Counted from the stretch's first letter, positions 8,269 through 19,544 are shown. The stretch is 64,000 nt of DNA from an uncultured bacterium (GCA_964644695.1 CAZXWN010000010.1:1-64000); one strand, 5' to 3'. Notes: generated by a model from the letters alone, not told the origin. Program-made: numbers and translations.

Positions 8269-9052
8269 ATGAAGAAATATATATTTCGTTTTGATATGTT
8301 TAATGATTGTTGGGTGTTCAAAAGAGGACCGTGTAGCATCTTCAATATATGATAAAGCTAAAAAGTTAGAAAGCTTAGAAAGAAGAGAAGAAGCTTATGT
8401 CTTATATAAGGTGATATGTATAAAATACCCGGATGAAATTATATGTAGAGATGCTCTTAGGAACATCTCTACATATATCCAAGATAAGGATAGCGAGTTC
8501 ATCTTTGATTTAGCCACTACGATGGAACCTTTATATGAAAAAGGAAAATATACTTCTGATAAAAGATATATGACGTTTATTGCAAATACATACTCAAAAG
8601 CGTCATGTTATCCAAAGGCGATGGCGTGGTATCGGAAAGTCTTAACAAAGTTTCCTGACTTCACTGATGCAAGTTTTGCCTTAGCCCTGACTTATGCTGA
8701 CCAAGAAGAATATGGGGAAAGTACGACCTTATTATTAAAAATAATTGAAAAGAATAGAAAAGATGAACTTTATTACAAGTCGTTGCTAAATCTGGGTGAC
8801 TATAATACTATTTTACGAAACTATGCTGTTGCTGAGAAATATTTGAATGAAGTAATGAATGATTGTAAATATGATGAAATGCGAGCTATCGCCATGTTAT
8901 ACAAGTCAAATATTAAAAATAAACAAGGTGACTTTTCTAAAGAAAGTGAATTACAGAAAAAAATAATAGATATGTATCCCGATACAGTTGCCTCGAATGT
9001 TGTTAAGTCAAAGATTGATAAAAAAAAGAATCCTCGTATTAAATATACTTAA
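8269..9052 (+). pseudogene. TPR lipoprotein with a +1 frameshift in the signal peptide (candidate immunity/accessory protein)
   Basis: GGAGG SD and ATG 8269 are out of frame with ORF 8291..9052. Removing one T near 8284 gives MKKYIFVLICLMIVG-C (lipobox). TPR repeats follow. Confidence 0.7.
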
Positions 9053-9381
9053 GAATCTGAAGTGTTTTTCACGAATGCAATAAATATTCACCTCCCTGCA
9101 TCAGAAATTTAAAGCAGGGAGCGAGAATATTCTTTTGTCCCGTCGGATTACATTCCTCTGTGCCTAAGGTGTTAGGTTGTATAGAAAAATAGAGTCTTAT
9201 CGTTTGTCGTTCTGGTATTTTTATTGATTTTTTCATCTTGTTAAAACTCCCCGCCTTTTTTCCCTGACCCTTTATCCCATAATATCCAAACAATCTTTCA
9301 TGACTATGCCTGGATACCCTTTAAAGGTGTGTGACGGAACAGTTGAGATTACAGAGTTTACTTCCGTATCAAAAATATTTA

Positions 9382-9445
9382 TTGACAGCCACAGGGGAAA
9401 GGTTTAATCTATAAAAATATTCGATAATCGAAATATTCGATATTG
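9382..9445 (+). promoter_or_regulatory. Sigma70-type promoter and probable MarR operator
   Basis: TTGACA(9382)-17 nt-TAATCT; near-palindrome atattcgataatcgaaatat at about 9417-9436, immediately upstream of marR. Confidence 0.6.
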
Positions 9446-9955
9446 ATGAAATATTTGAGGTTTGAAACAATGAAGCCCATAAACAAAAAAGCGCAGGAAA
9501 TGACCGGACTGCTGGACTGGATTATGCAAAATCTGGGTCCGGAACAGGATCCTCCAGAAGAAGATGTTTCCCTCTCCCATACGGAAATCCGTGTGTTGGA
9601 TGCTCTGGGAACTCAGGGGTCCTTACCCATGGGTCAGCTGGCAGAGATTGTCGGTTTGGCTGTGAGTAGTGCGACGGCTGCTGCCGACCGGATGATTCTA
9701 AAAGGATTGGTGATGCGTCACCGTTCTGAGGAAGACCGCCGGATCGTGTATGTATCTCTGGCCGAAAACGGGAAGCGTTTCTATAAACACATGCTGGAAG
9801 GTCGTATGAAAATGTCTCAGACCATCCTGAATGGTTTATCGGAACCGGACCAGGAACGAATGATTAAACTGTTTCGGAAGGTCGTGACTCACTACCAGAA
9901 TGATAATAAAATCGAAAGGAAACCGAAATTATCAGGAACAACCGACGACGCATGA
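9443..9955 (+). CDS. MarR family transcriptional regulator
   Basis: LSHTEIRVL...LAEIVGLAVSSATAAADRMILKGLV.R.RSEEDRR...LAENG motif; start may be ATG 9470. Confidence 0.9.
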   Translation: MMKYLRFETMKPINKKAQEMTGLLDWIMQNLGPEQDPPEEDVSLSHTEIRVLDALGTQGSLPMGQLAEIVGLAVSSATAAADRMILKGLVMRHRSEEDRRIVYVSLAENGKRFYKHMLEGRMKMSQTILNGLSEPDQERMIKLFRKVVTHYQNDNKIERKPKLSGTTDDA

Positions 9956-10030
9956 TCGTCTTATAAGTGAGGCGGTCTCTGGAATAACGAATTACTCTTT
10001 GCTACCAAAGAAACCAATACAAGTCTAAAG

Positions 10031-11308
10031 GTGAACACAATGAATCGAAGGATTCCCATAAAAATGAGGTTTGGACTCTTGATTGCGACCGGACTTCTGA
10101 TGGCCACCGGGTGGGCAGATACAACCTCCCGCCTGGGCATGGAAGACGCGGTGTCCACGGCCCTGGCAAAGCATCCCACTTTGGTCCAGTACCAGGAAGC
10201 TATCAAACAAGCTAAATACCAGCTGGTCATGCAGAAGTCTGTCTATCTGCCCCAGGTGGATGTCAAAGCACAATACAGCAAGGGCAAAACAGAGGATTAT
10301 CCCAGTGAAGATTCTTACACGGGATATGTAACCGGAACACAATTTCTATTCGACTTTGGAAAAACTCCGGCGCTCGTAAAACAATATGCAAAAGCAGTTG
10401 ATGAGAAGAAACTCGCTTTAACGGCCGCAGAGATAGACATTATCTATAATGTGAAAGCTGCCTATCTGAATGCGCTGAAAGCAAAACAACAACTGGATAT
10501 TGCCAAAGAAACAAAAGAAAGCGCCAAACTTCACTTAAAACTCGCCATGGGATTTTATGAAGTGGGTAAAGTCGCCAGACTCGATGTGTCCAAGGCGGAA
10601 GTGGAAGTCGCTAATGCGGAACTGGCGCTGGTAACGGCCGAAAATGATTATCGACTGGCGCAAACATCACTCATCAATACCATGGGGCTGGATGTTTCCC
10701 AGCAGCAGACCCTTGAACTGGTAGATACCCAGTATCAAAAAGAAGCGACTCCGGTGGGAACTCTTTTAGAAGAAGCCGTCAATAACCGTCCGGATTACAA
10801 AGCCTATAAAGTGAAACGGGAAGAATATAAAGCCGCCATTTTGGAAGCCCGGCTGGGTCATGTCCCCACTGTTTCAATGTTTGTTACAGGTTACAGTACA
10901 GGAAACGGTTTTCCCTTAACGGAAAGCGGTACTGCGGGAGTTGGTGTTGAGATGCCCCTGTTTAATGGATTCCAGACAGAAGCTAATTTACGGAGAGTTC
11001 AATCCGGCGCTAAAGGGTTGCAAGCTGAAGAAAAGAAAGCCCTGCAGGATTTACAGCTTGAAGTGACCAACTATTACCTGTTGATTCAAAGTGAACAGGA
11101 GAAAATAGTGGCGGCGGACAAGCTGGTAAAACAGGCGGAAGAATCTTTGAAGTTGGCAACAGGCCGCTATGAAAATGGTTTAGGAACCATGCTGGATGTG
11201 ACCGATGCGCAAGTGTCCTATACAGATGCTCGTGTCAGTCTGGCCCAAGTGATCTATGACTATCAAATTGACTGTGCCCGGCTTTACAAAGCGTTGGGCA
11301 GGAAATAA
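10031..11308 (+). CDS. TolC family outer membrane efflux protein
   Basis: Signal peptide; two OEP repeats (YLPQVD..., RYENGLGTMLDVTDAQ, LYKALG). Confidence 0.9.
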   Translation: MNTMNRRIPIKMRFGLLIATGLLMATGWADTTSRLGMEDAVSTALAKHPTLVQYQEAIKQAKYQLVMQKSVYLPQVDVKAQYSKGKTEDYPSEDSYTGYVTGTQFLFDFGKTPALVKQYAKAVDEKKLALTAAEIDIIYNVKAAYLNALKAKQQLDIAKETKESAKLHLKLAMGFYEVGKVARLDVSKAEVEVANAELALVTAENDYRLAQTSLINTMGLDVSQQQTLELVDTQYQKEATPVGTLLEEAVNNRPDYKAYKVKREEYKAAILEARLGHVPTVSMFVTGYSTGNGFPLTESGTAGVGVEMPLFNGFQTEANLRRVQSGAKGLQAEEKKALQDLQLEVTNYYLLIQSEQEKIVAADKLVKQAEESLKLATGRYENGLGTMLDVTDAQVSYTDARVSLAQVIYDYQIDCARLYKALGRK

Positions 11309-11326
11309 CGAGAGGGATAACAAATC

Positions 11327-12751
11327 ATGAAAAAACAAATGAAATGGAAAGCCTTAATTATTATTGCCATCGTGGCCATTGTGGCCTTGATACTGGGTGT
11401 TACCTACTTTAGTTCATCGAAAAAGGTCCAGGGATTCCGGACTCAAACTGTTGAAAAAGGCAGTTTGGAAAAGATGGTAACAGCGACCGGGACTCTGGAA
11501 GCGGTCACTCAAATTGAAGTCGGTTCTCAAATTTCCGGGACCATACAAAGTATCTATGTGGATTATAACAGCAAGGTAAAAAAAGGACAGTTGATTGCAC
11601 AAATTGACCCTCGTAATTATGAGAGCCAGTTATTGCAGGCAAAAGCCAGCCTGGAAGCCGCCAAAGCCGATGTGAAAAGTGCGGAGGCCTCCTTGGCCAG
11701 TGCAAAGGCTAACTATTCTAAGACAGAAGCCACTATCGCCAGTGCAAAAGCCAATGCCGTTAAAGCTAAATCTTTAATGGAAAACTCCCGGCGGAATTAT
11801 GATCGGTATAAACAGCTTCGTCTGAAAGAACTTATTTCTCAGAGTGAACTGGAAGACGCCGCAACGGATTATGAAAGTGCGCGTTCTGTGTATGATTCCG
11901 CGGAAGCAGACATTAATTCCGCCAAAGCATCCCTGGAAGCTGCGAAGGCCACCATTGCCTCTGCCGAAACACAAATATTAACAGCAAAGGCAGCCCAGGC
12001 CCGAAGCCAGGAATCCGTGAGTCAGGCCGCATTGAATTTGAGTTATACCCGAATCGTAGCGCCGGTCAATGGTACAGTTATTTCCAAGGAAGTGGAAGTG
12101 GGCCAGACCGTAGCAGCCAGCTTATCCGCACCGGTATTATTTGTTATTGCTGAAGACCTTGCCAAAATGCAGGTCGTCGCAAACATTGATGAAGCGGATG
12201 TCGGACAGGTCAAAGAAGGACAGAAGGCATCATTTACCGTTGATGCTTATCCGGATCAGGAATTTAAGGGCATCGTGAAACAAGTCCGGACGGAACCTGT
12301 GACCCAGTCAAATGTTGTGACCTATGAAGGTTTGATTCTGGTGGATAATCCGAATCTGGAACTCAAACCCGGCATGACAGCGAACATCTCCTTCGTAGTC
12401 GATGAAAGAACCGATACATTAACCGTCCCAAATGCGGCACTGCGATTCAAAATGGAAGATGCAGCCAGTTCTTCTATAAAGAAAACAACAGGGTCCAGTG
12501 CGTCAGCCAAGCTGAATACAAGCCGTGTCTATGTTTTGGACAAAGAAGGAAAGGCCAGCCCCGTTGAAATAACCACCGGTATTACGGATGGCAGTTCCAC
12601 CGAAGTATTGTCGGGTGATTTGAAGGAAGGCGATGAGGTCATTATGGGTTACGCCACTCCGGATATAACGGGAACCAGTTCACCCTTTAATCCTTTCAGC
12701 AATATGAAAAAACGAGACCAGTCAAACAAGAGTTCGACTCAAGGAAAATAA
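11327..12751 (+). CDS. MacA-like periplasmic adaptor (RND/ABC membrane fusion protein)
   Basis: N-terminal TM; VGSQISG...VDYNSKVKKGQLIAQID; long coiled coil; LKPGMTAN. Confidence 0.92.
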   Translation: MKKQMKWKALIIIAIVAIVALILGVTYFSSSKKVQGFRTQTVEKGSLEKMVTATGTLEAVTQIEVGSQISGTIQSIYVDYNSKVKKGQLIAQIDPRNYESQLLQAKASLEAAKADVKSAEASLASAKANYSKTEATIASAKANAVKAKSLMENSRRNYDRYKQLRLKELISQSELEDAATDYESARSVYDSAEADINSAKASLEAAKATIASAETQILTAKAAQARSQESVSQAALNLSYTRIVAPVNGTVISKEVEVGQTVAASLSAPVLFVIAEDLAKMQVVANIDEADVGQVKEGQKASFTVDAYPDQEFKGIVKQVRTEPVTQSNVVTYEGLILVDNPNLELKPGMTANISFVVDERTDTLTVPNAALRFKMEDAASSSIKKTTGSSASAKLNTSRVYVLDKEGKASPVEITTGITDGSSTEVLSGDLKEGDEVIMGYATPDITGTSSPFNPFSNMKKRDQSNKSSTQGK

Positions 12752-12752
12752 C

Positions 12753-13526
12753 ATGGCACCTATCATCCATGTAGAGAACTTAACGAAGATATACCGAATG
12801 GGCGATGTGGAAGTCCATGCCTTACGGAAGGTGTCTGCCGATGTAGAACCGGGTGAGTTTGTTGCCATCATGGGCGCCTCAGGTTCCGGAAAATCTACCT
12901 TCATGAATATATTAGGTTGCCTGGATACGCCTACTTCCGGTCAGTATCATTTAGATGGCAAAGATGTTTCCACACTGAGCCGGGACGAATTGGCGGCCAT
13001 TCGAAATCGGAAAATGGGTTTTATTTTCCAACAATTTAATCTGTTGACCCGGACAACCGCTCTGGAAAATGTGGAACTTCCCATGATGTATAACAATACC
13101 TCCAATCGGGAGCGTGAGGAAAAAGCACTGGAAGCGTTGCGAATTGTAGGCCTTGCAGACCGGGCTCATCATTATTCCAATCAACTCTCCGGTGGACAGC
13201 AGCAGCGTGTAGCCATTGCCCGCGCTCTGGTAAATAATCCGTCCATTATTCTGGCCGATGAACCGACAGGAAATCTGGATTCCAGAACCAGTGTGGAAGT
13301 GATGGAAATTCTGCAACGGCTGAATCAGGACAAGGGAATTACTATTGTCATGGTCACCCATGAGAAAGATATCGCTCAATTCACTCAGCGGAATGTGTTC
13401 TTCCGTGATGGAAAGATATTGTTTGACCGTGAAGTCGAAGACCGGTTGGATGCGCAACAGGTGTTGGCAACCATCCCTGAGACTTTGGAAGAAGAATTAT
13501 TGGAGAACGGTAAGGAGACAAAATGA
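12753..13526 (+). CDS. MacB/LolD-type ABC transporter ATP-binding protein
   Basis: Walker [33 protein letters not shown]. Confidence 0.95.
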   Translation: MAPIIHVENLTKIYRMGDVEVHALRKVSADVEPGEFVAIMGASGSGKSTFMNILGCLDTPTSGQYHLDGKDVSTLSRDELAAIRNRKMGFIFQQFNLLTRTTALENVELPMMYNNTSNREREEKALEALRIVGLADRAHHYSNQLSGGQQQRVAIARALVNNPSIILADEPTGNLDSRTSVEVMEILQRLNQDKGITIVMVTHEKDIAQFTQRNVFFRDGKILFDREVEDRLDAQQVLATIPETLEEELLENGKETK

Positions 13527-14740
13527 ACCTCCTGTTTACAATGAAAACAGCCTTTATGGCTTTACTGCGAAATCGTCTTCGTTCTGGCTTAACGATGCTG
13601 GGTATCATCATCGGCATTTCATCGGTCATTGTCATGATCAGTGTCGGACAGGGAGCCAAGGCGTCTATTGAGAACCAGATAAAAAGTATGGGTACGAATA
13701 TGCTCATGGTCATGTCGGGGAGTATGAAGTCCATGGGTCAACGACAGGCCGCGGGTTCCAGCCAGACAATGACCCCGGAAGATGTGGAAGCCATCCTTAA
13801 AGAATGTCCGGCTGTTTTGAATGCAACCCCCAATGTGTCGTCCAGTGGTTCTTTAGTTTACGGCAATGCAAACTGGACTTCGTCTCTTTTGGGTGTTTCT
13901 CCAGACTATTTCATTATCCGTGACTGGCAAACCTCCTCCGGTACTGTGTTTACGGAATCAGATGTAAATGGCGCAAACAAAGTTTGTGTATTAGGCACAG
14001 AAGTTGTGGCTAATCTTTTCCCCAATGAAGACCCTATTGGAAAAATGATTCGTATCAAAGGAATCCCTTTTAAAGTCGTGGGTGTCATGGTCTCCAAAGG
14101 TCAGGCGGCGATGGGACCCAATCAAGATGATACAGTCATTATTCCTTACACCACCTTGATGAAAAGAATCTTGAACCAGACAAACATCTCTGGCATTATG
14201 GTGTCGGCCGTATCACAGGACCAAATCGCAGATGCAAAAGAACAGATAACGGAACTCCTTCGTACTCGCCATCGTATTAAAAAAGGTGCTGACGATGATT
14301 TCTTTATTGGAAGTCAGACAGATATCACTAATATGGCAACCTCGACCTCGTCTATTATGACTCTGTTACTGGGTAGTGTGGCGTCTATATCACTTATCGT
14401 GGGTGGTATCGGCATCATGAATATCATGCTGGTCTCGGTCCGGGAACGAACCCGTGAGATTGGGATTCGCATGGCATTGGGTGCACGCTCACGCGATATC
14501 CTCCTTCAATTCATGGTGGAAGCATTCGTGCTTTCTTTGATAGGGGGGCTGGTCGGGATAATCCTCGGAGTAAGTGGTGCCATGTTGGTGTCCAAGATTG
14601 CTAAATGGAGCACCTACATCTCCTTTATATCGATAGTGTTATCTATCGGCTTTTCCAGTGCCATTGGCATCTTTTTCGGATTTTATCCCGCTCGAATGGC
14701 AGCTCAATTAAACCCGATTGAAGCTTTGCGGTTTGAATAA
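13523..14740 (+). CDS. MacB-type ABC permease 1
   Basis: RSGLTMLGIIIG; GGIGIMNIMLVSVRERTREIGIRMALGA; PIEALRFE. Confidence 0.95.
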   Translation: MNLLFTMKTAFMALLRNRLRSGLTMLGIIIGISSVIVMISVGQGAKASIENQIKSMGTNMLMVMSGSMKSMGQRQAAGSSQTMTPEDVEAILKECPAVLNATPNVSSSGSLVYGNANWTSSLLGVSPDYFIIRDWQTSSGTVFTESDVNGANKVCVLGTEVVANLFPNEDPIGKMIRIKGIPFKVVGVMVSKGQAAMGPNQDDTVIIPYTTLMKRILNQTNISGIMVSAVSQDQIADAKEQITELLRTRHRIKKGADDDFFIGSQTDITNMATSTSSIMTLLLGSVASISLIVGGIGIMNIMLVSVRERTREIGIRMALGARSRDILLQFMVEAFVLSLIGGLVGIILGVSGAMLVSKIAKWSTYISFISIVLSIGFSSAIGIFFGFYPARMAAQLNPIEALRFE

Positions 14741-14936
14741 CTAAACAATAAAATGAAAACATTGAAACTCCTTAAGGATGACTTGAGGAGTTTTTTTGTT
14801 TCATAGGATAATTTGTAATACTGCAGGGAAGTTGAAAATAGAATAAAATAGACAAACCATTCTATATATATTGAAATTTGAATGGGAAGCCTGATTAATT
14901 CTCCGAGATATATGGACAAAAAGGAATAAAGTACTC

Positions 14937-16154
14937 GTGAAATTAATGTTTACACTTAGAACGGCCTTTATTGATTTACAGCGGAATCGGTTGCGTTCGT
15001 CCTTGACCATGTTGGGTATTGTGATTGGTGTGGCCGCTGTGATTATTATGGTTAGTGTGGGGCAGGGTGCCAAGACCGCTGTGGAAAACCAAATTGCCAG
15101 TCTGGGTACAAACGTTATATTTGTTGGCTCCGGAAGCGTAACCGCCGGCGGTCAAAGACAGGGTTTCGGGACTACGCAGACACTGACTGTTGAAGACGCT
15201 GAAGTAATTAATAGAGAATGTTCTGCCGTGATGCAGGCGACCCCCGGATTATCAGCCGGTGCCGGGTTGGTATATAACAATCAGAACTGGAGTGCCAGTA
15301 TGATTGGGGTGGCACCCGCTTATTTTGTGATTCGGGATTTGAAGTTAAGCAGCGGGACTTACTTTACGGAGGCCGACTTAACGGGTTCAGCAAAGGTTTG
15401 TGTCCTTGGCTCAGAGGTTGCTGACCACCTGTTTTTAGGGGAAGACCCTGTTGGTAAAACGATTCGAGTAAAAAAAGTCCCCTTCAAAGTGTTGGGTGTA
15501 CTCGAAGCCAAAGGACAAACCGCACTGGGTCAGAATCTCGATGATACCCTTTATCTGCCTTATACAACGGTAATGAAACGCTTGTTGAACAGAACTTATG
15601 TCCAGTTTATTTTGGTGTCAGCGATGTCCCAGGACCAAATCCCGGAAGCTAAGATGCAGATGACGGATTTATTAAGACAAAGGCATCGTATCGGGCCCCA
15701 TGATGACGATGACTTCTATATGACGGATCAGAAAGATTATTCAGCCATTGCTACCGCGACTTCGATGATTTTGACAGTCCTTTTGGGTAGTGTGGCGTCC
15801 ATATCCCTCATCGTAGGCGGTATCGGCATCATGAACATCATGCTGGTGTCGGTTCGGGAACGAACCCGTGAAATTGGGATTCGCATGGCGGTGGGAGCTC
15901 GTGGTGGAGATGTCTTACGCCAGTTCTTAACCGAATCCATCGTATTATCAGGTGTGGGCGGCACTGTTGGTGTCTTACTGGGAATTGGATTTTCATATCT
16001 GATATCAGCGTTATTTGGTTTGGTGACCTATGTATCACCCTGGTCTGTTCTGTTAGCCTTTGGTTCTTCCAGTGCGATTGGTGTGTTTTTCGGTTATTAT
16101 CCCGCATTGACGGCCAGCCGCTTGAATCCCATTGATGCTCTTCGATACGAATAA
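14937..16154 (+). CDS. MacB-type ABC permease 2 (paralog)
   Basis: Same motifs and same 405-aa length as permease 1. Confidence 0.95.
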   Translation: MKLMFTLRTAFIDLQRNRLRSSLTMLGIVIGVAAVIIMVSVGQGAKTAVENQIASLGTNVIFVGSGSVTAGGQRQGFGTTQTLTVEDAEVINRECSAVMQATPGLSAGAGLVYNNQNWSASMIGVAPAYFVIRDLKLSSGTYFTEADLTGSAKVCVLGSEVADHLFLGEDPVGKTIRVKKVPFKVLGVLEAKGQTALGQNLDDTLYLPYTTVMKRLLNRTYVQFILVSAMSQDQIPEAKMQMTDLLRQRHRIGPHDDDDFYMTDQKDYSAIATATSMILTVLLGSVASISLIVGGIGIMNIMLVSVRERTREIGIRMAVGARGGDVLRQFLTESIVLSGVGGTVGVLLGIGFSYLISALFGLVTYVSPWSVLLAFGSSSAIGVFFGYYPALTASRLNPIDALRYE

Positions 16155-16237
16155 TCCGTATAATTCAGACATAAAAAAGCCATGCAAACTTCAGGTTGAG
16201 CCTGACGGTTGCATGGCTTAATAATTTATGGATTAAT

Positions 16238-17332
16238 TTAGTATTTTCCGTAGAGTTCTGCCGCTTTGACCATGGCGAGGACATTTTCCCGGGGTGTCTT
16301 TTGTGGGATATCATCCCCCGACCCAAGCATATACCCTCCGCCCGGCATGCCGGCTTCAAGGCACATTTTAGCTTCGGCCATCACTTCCTCCGGTGTCCCA
16401 TTCAATAAGGTGAGTGTATTCACTCCACCCATCAAACAGACCCGGTCACCCACCCGTTTCTTGGCATCTTCGACCTTGACCCCACCCATTGGATCCAGAG
16501 GCTCAAAGCCATCCACTCCAGTATCGGCCATCATCTCAAACAAGGGTGTGGAATTACCGCAGATATGGAGATATACCTTCACTCCATACGCATGGAAGGC
16601 ATCTACCGCTCGTTTATGTAATGGCATACAGAACTCTCGATATTGTGATGGCGAAATGATGGAGCAGGATGCCCAGGCATCGCCAATATAAATGGCGTGG
16701 ACACCTGCCTCAATATAGGCTTTCCCGACCTCAATACTGATATCTGTACCAATATCCATGATTTTTTTAGCTAATTCTGGCTCTTCATACAGGTCCAACA
16801 TTCCCTGTTCGGAACCCCGCATTTCTGTCAAATAATTCATAGACTGACAGGCTGCGGACCCACTGATAAAATACTGGTCACCGTATTTTTTGACCATCTC
16901 AGCGACCGGTTGAACTTGTCCATTGTCCCAATATTCAGAGGCTTTGGGGACTCTGAGTTTATCTAAATCAGCCTCGGTTTTAATAAGGGGCTCCTGATTG
17001 ACGGGAACGGGTTGGTCATCATAGGGGATTCGGGTCACCAACTGGTCGGTCTGTTTGTTCTTGAAATAGGATTCTCCCTGATATTCAACGAGTTCCATAT
17101 TATCTCGGGCATTACTGGGCGGGATGATCCCCAGCGTAAATCCGTCAAACCCGTATCTCAACCCTTCTTGCATAATTAAATCGTTGAGTAACTGCGGATT
17201 ATGCACGACTTTTGAATAGGGAATCCCGGCGGCAAAAGCACCGTGAACTGAAGTAAATACGGGATATACCGGCACTCGGTCCGGGGTTTGGCGGGCAAAG
17301 GCTGCCATCACTCTTTCCTTGGAACTCCACAT
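16238..17332 (-). CDS. Uroporphyrinogen decarboxylase / MtaA-CmuA methyltransferase family protein
   Basis: SKERVMAAF...PDRVPV; ISPSQYREF; Zn-ligand-type LHICG; CLMGGV; GGGYMLGSG. Confidence 0.85.
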   Translation of the reverse strand: MWSSKERVMAAFARQTPDRVPVYPVFTSVHGAFAAGIPYSKVVHNPQLLNDLIMQEGLRYGFDGFTLGIIPPSNARDNMELVEYQGESYFKNKQTDQLVTRIPYDDQPVPVNQEPLIKTEADLDKLRVPKASEYWDNGQVQPVAEMVKKYGDQYFISGSAACQSMNYLTEMRGSEQGMLDLYEEPELAKKIMDIGTDISIEVGKAYIEAGVHAIYIGDAWASCSIISPSQYREFCMPLHKRAVDAFHAYGVKVYLHICGNSTPLFEMMADTGVDGFEPLDPMGGVKVEDAKKRVGDRVCLMGGVNTLTLLNGTPEEVMAEAKMCLEAGMPGGGYMLGSGDDIPQKTPRENVLAMVKAAELYGKY

Positions 17333-17434
17333 GAAAAATACCTCGAAATAATTAGAATTATTACAATATAACCGATTTATCTAATAGGAGTCCACTAAGC
17401 GCTAAACATCTAAATGCGATATAATATTAATGCT

Positions 17435-18844
17435 ATGTACTTCTCAGATAAATTGCACGAGGAATGTGGAGTTTTTGGAATATTTGGGCATCCAGAAGCA
17501 TCCCGCCTCACCTACCTTGGACTTTATGCCCTGCAACATCGGGGACAAGAATCCGCCGGCATTTGTACCTCTGACGGTAATAAACACTGTCATCATGTCG
17601 GGATGGGCTTGGTCGCCGATATCTTCAATATGGATACCCTGGACCGTTTGACAGGCGATATGGCTATTGGTCATGTCCGCTACTCAACCGCAGGATCCAG
17701 TATCATCACCAATGCACAACCTATCTGTGTGAACAGTAAAATCGGACCCTTGGCTCTGGCTCATAATGGGAACCTGGTTAATACGGATGAGCTGAAAGCT
17801 AAGTTGGTGCAGGAAGGGGCTATCTTCTCTGGGACGACAGACAGTGAAGTCATGGTCCACCTGATGGCTCGCTCCCGCAAGGAAACCCTTCCAGAAATTG
17901 TCATTGATGCCCTCTCACAGGTCAAAGGTGCGTACAGTATCCTGGTGATGAGTAAAGACACCATGATTGCCGTCCGTGACCCTATGGGGTTCCGTCCTTT
18001 CTGTATTGGACAAGTCAATGATGCATGGGTACTTGCCTCTGAAACATGTGCTTTTGACATGGTGGGTGGTAAGTATTTCCATGACCTGAATCCTGGAGAA
18101 ATGGTCATTATCCCGAAAAACGGGGAAATTCAGTCTATCCAGGCATTTCCTCCCGCTAAAAAGCTGCAGCAGTGTATTTTTGAACTGGTTTATTTTGCCC
18201 GTCCGGATTCCTTAGTTTACTCTCAAAGTGTGATGCAGTTCCGGAAAGCGATTGGTCACCAGTTGGCGATTGAGCACCCTGCCAAAGCAGATGTGGTCAT
18301 CTCGATTCCCGACTCAGCGAACTGTCATGCGATTGGGTTTGCTGAACAATCAGGGATTCCTTATGATATGGGACTGATTCGAAATCACTATATCGGCCGA
18401 ACCTTTATTGAACCCCGCCAGTCTATCCGGGATTTTGGTGTCAAACTCAAACATAATGCTGTTTCTTCGGTTCTTAACGGAAAAAGGGTCGTGGTGGTTG
18501 ATGATTCCGTTGTTCGCGGGACTACTTCACGAAAGTTGATGAAGATGATTCGAGCCGCCGGAGCACGGGAAATTCATTTACGGATTGCTTCCCCACCCTA
18601 TACAGACCCCTGTTATTATGGGGTTGATACACCTGATCCGTCTAAACTGATTGCCGCAAATATGACGGTGGAACAAATCCGGGAATATATTGGTGTGGAC
18701 AGCATCGGGTATATCAGTATTGAAGGTATGCTCGGCTGCGTTGGTACGCATAGCCATAAATTCTGTACTTCCTGTTTCACAGGGAAATATCCGGAAGAAG
18801 CTCTTCCGAATTGCGAAACCTGTAAAACATGTTCCAGTAAATAA
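17435..18844 (+). CDS. purF: Amidophosphoribosyltransferase
   Basis: EECGVFG (catalytic Cys after propeptide), LQHRGQESAG, GHVRYST, VVVDDSVVRGTT, Fe-S Cys residues. Confidence 0.97.
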   Translation: MYFSDKLHEECGVFGIFGHPEASRLTYLGLYALQHRGQESAGICTSDGNKHCHHVGMGLVADIFNMDTLDRLTGDMAIGHVRYSTAGSSIITNAQPICVNSKIGPLALAHNGNLVNTDELKAKLVQEGAIFSGTTDSEVMVHLMARSRKETLPEIVIDALSQVKGAYSILVMSKDTMIAVRDPMGFRPFCIGQVNDAWVLASETCAFDMVGGKYFHDLNPGEMVIIPKNGEIQSIQAFPPAKKLQQCIFELVYFARPDSLVYSQSVMQFRKAIGHQLAIEHPAKADVVISIPDSANCHAIGFAEQSGIPYDMGLIRNHYIGRTFIEPRQSIRDFGVKLKHNAVSSVLNGKRVVVVDDSVVRGTTSRKLMKMIRAAGAREIHLRIASPPYTDPCYYGVDTPDPSKLIAANMTVEQIREYIGVDSIGYISIEGMLGCVGTHSHKFCTSCFTGKYPEEALPNCETCKTCSSK

Positions 18845-18992
18845 GATATATTTGACCTGGTTCTGTCATTCTTACCCTCACGAATAATGAGGGTTGAGTG
18901 TGTCCGTTTTCTTGATGGAAGCATCGTTCTGGGTTATGATGTCCAAAATATATCCGATATATTTTTAAAATAGAATAATTAATACAACAACT

Positions 18993-19544
18993 ATGACATG
19001 GACAACTAAAAAAACCATTATGGATGCGGCGGAAATCACCCGCTGTCTGGAACGAATGGTTTATGAAATTCGGGAAGAACATCCCGATGGAAAAGACCTG
19101 TTGATTGTGGGGATTCGGACCCGGGGCGTTTATCTCGCCGAGCGGTTAAAATCCATTTTAGACTCCGTTTATAGCCAACCCGTTCCATTGGGGATTGTTG
19201 ATATTACTTTATACCGGGATGACCTGACCCGGTTGGATTACCAGCCTCAGGTCAAAGATACCCAGCTCCCCTTTGATATGGATGACCGAAAAATCCTCTT
19301 GGTAGACGATGTCCTTTATACCGGAAGGACGATTCGGGCGGCGATGGATGTTCTCTTTGATTTCGGGCGGCCTAAGAGTATCCAACTGGCGGTGCTGGTT
19401 GATAGAGGGCATCGGGAATTACCGGTACAAGCGGATTATGTGGGGAAAAAGGTTCCGACCAGCCGGACTGAACAAGTCCAGGTTTCCCTCAAGGAATCCG
19501 AGAATACTGACGAAGTGTTGATTTTAGAAAAAGCCAACGTCTGA
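18993..19544 (+). CDS. pyrR: Pyrimidine operon regulator / uracil phosphoribosyltransferase
   Basis: GIRTRG, DITLYRDD, LVDDVLYTGRT, DRGHRELP. Confidence 0.96.
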   Translation: MTWTTKKTIMDAAEITRCLERMVYEIREEHPDGKDLLIVGIRTRGVYLAERLKSILDSVYSQPVPLGIVDITLYRDDLTRLDYQPQVKDTQLPFDMDDRKILLVDDVLYTGRTIRAAMDVLFDFGRPKSIQLAVLVDRGHRELPVQADYVGKKVPTSRTEQVQVSLKESENTDEVLILEKANV

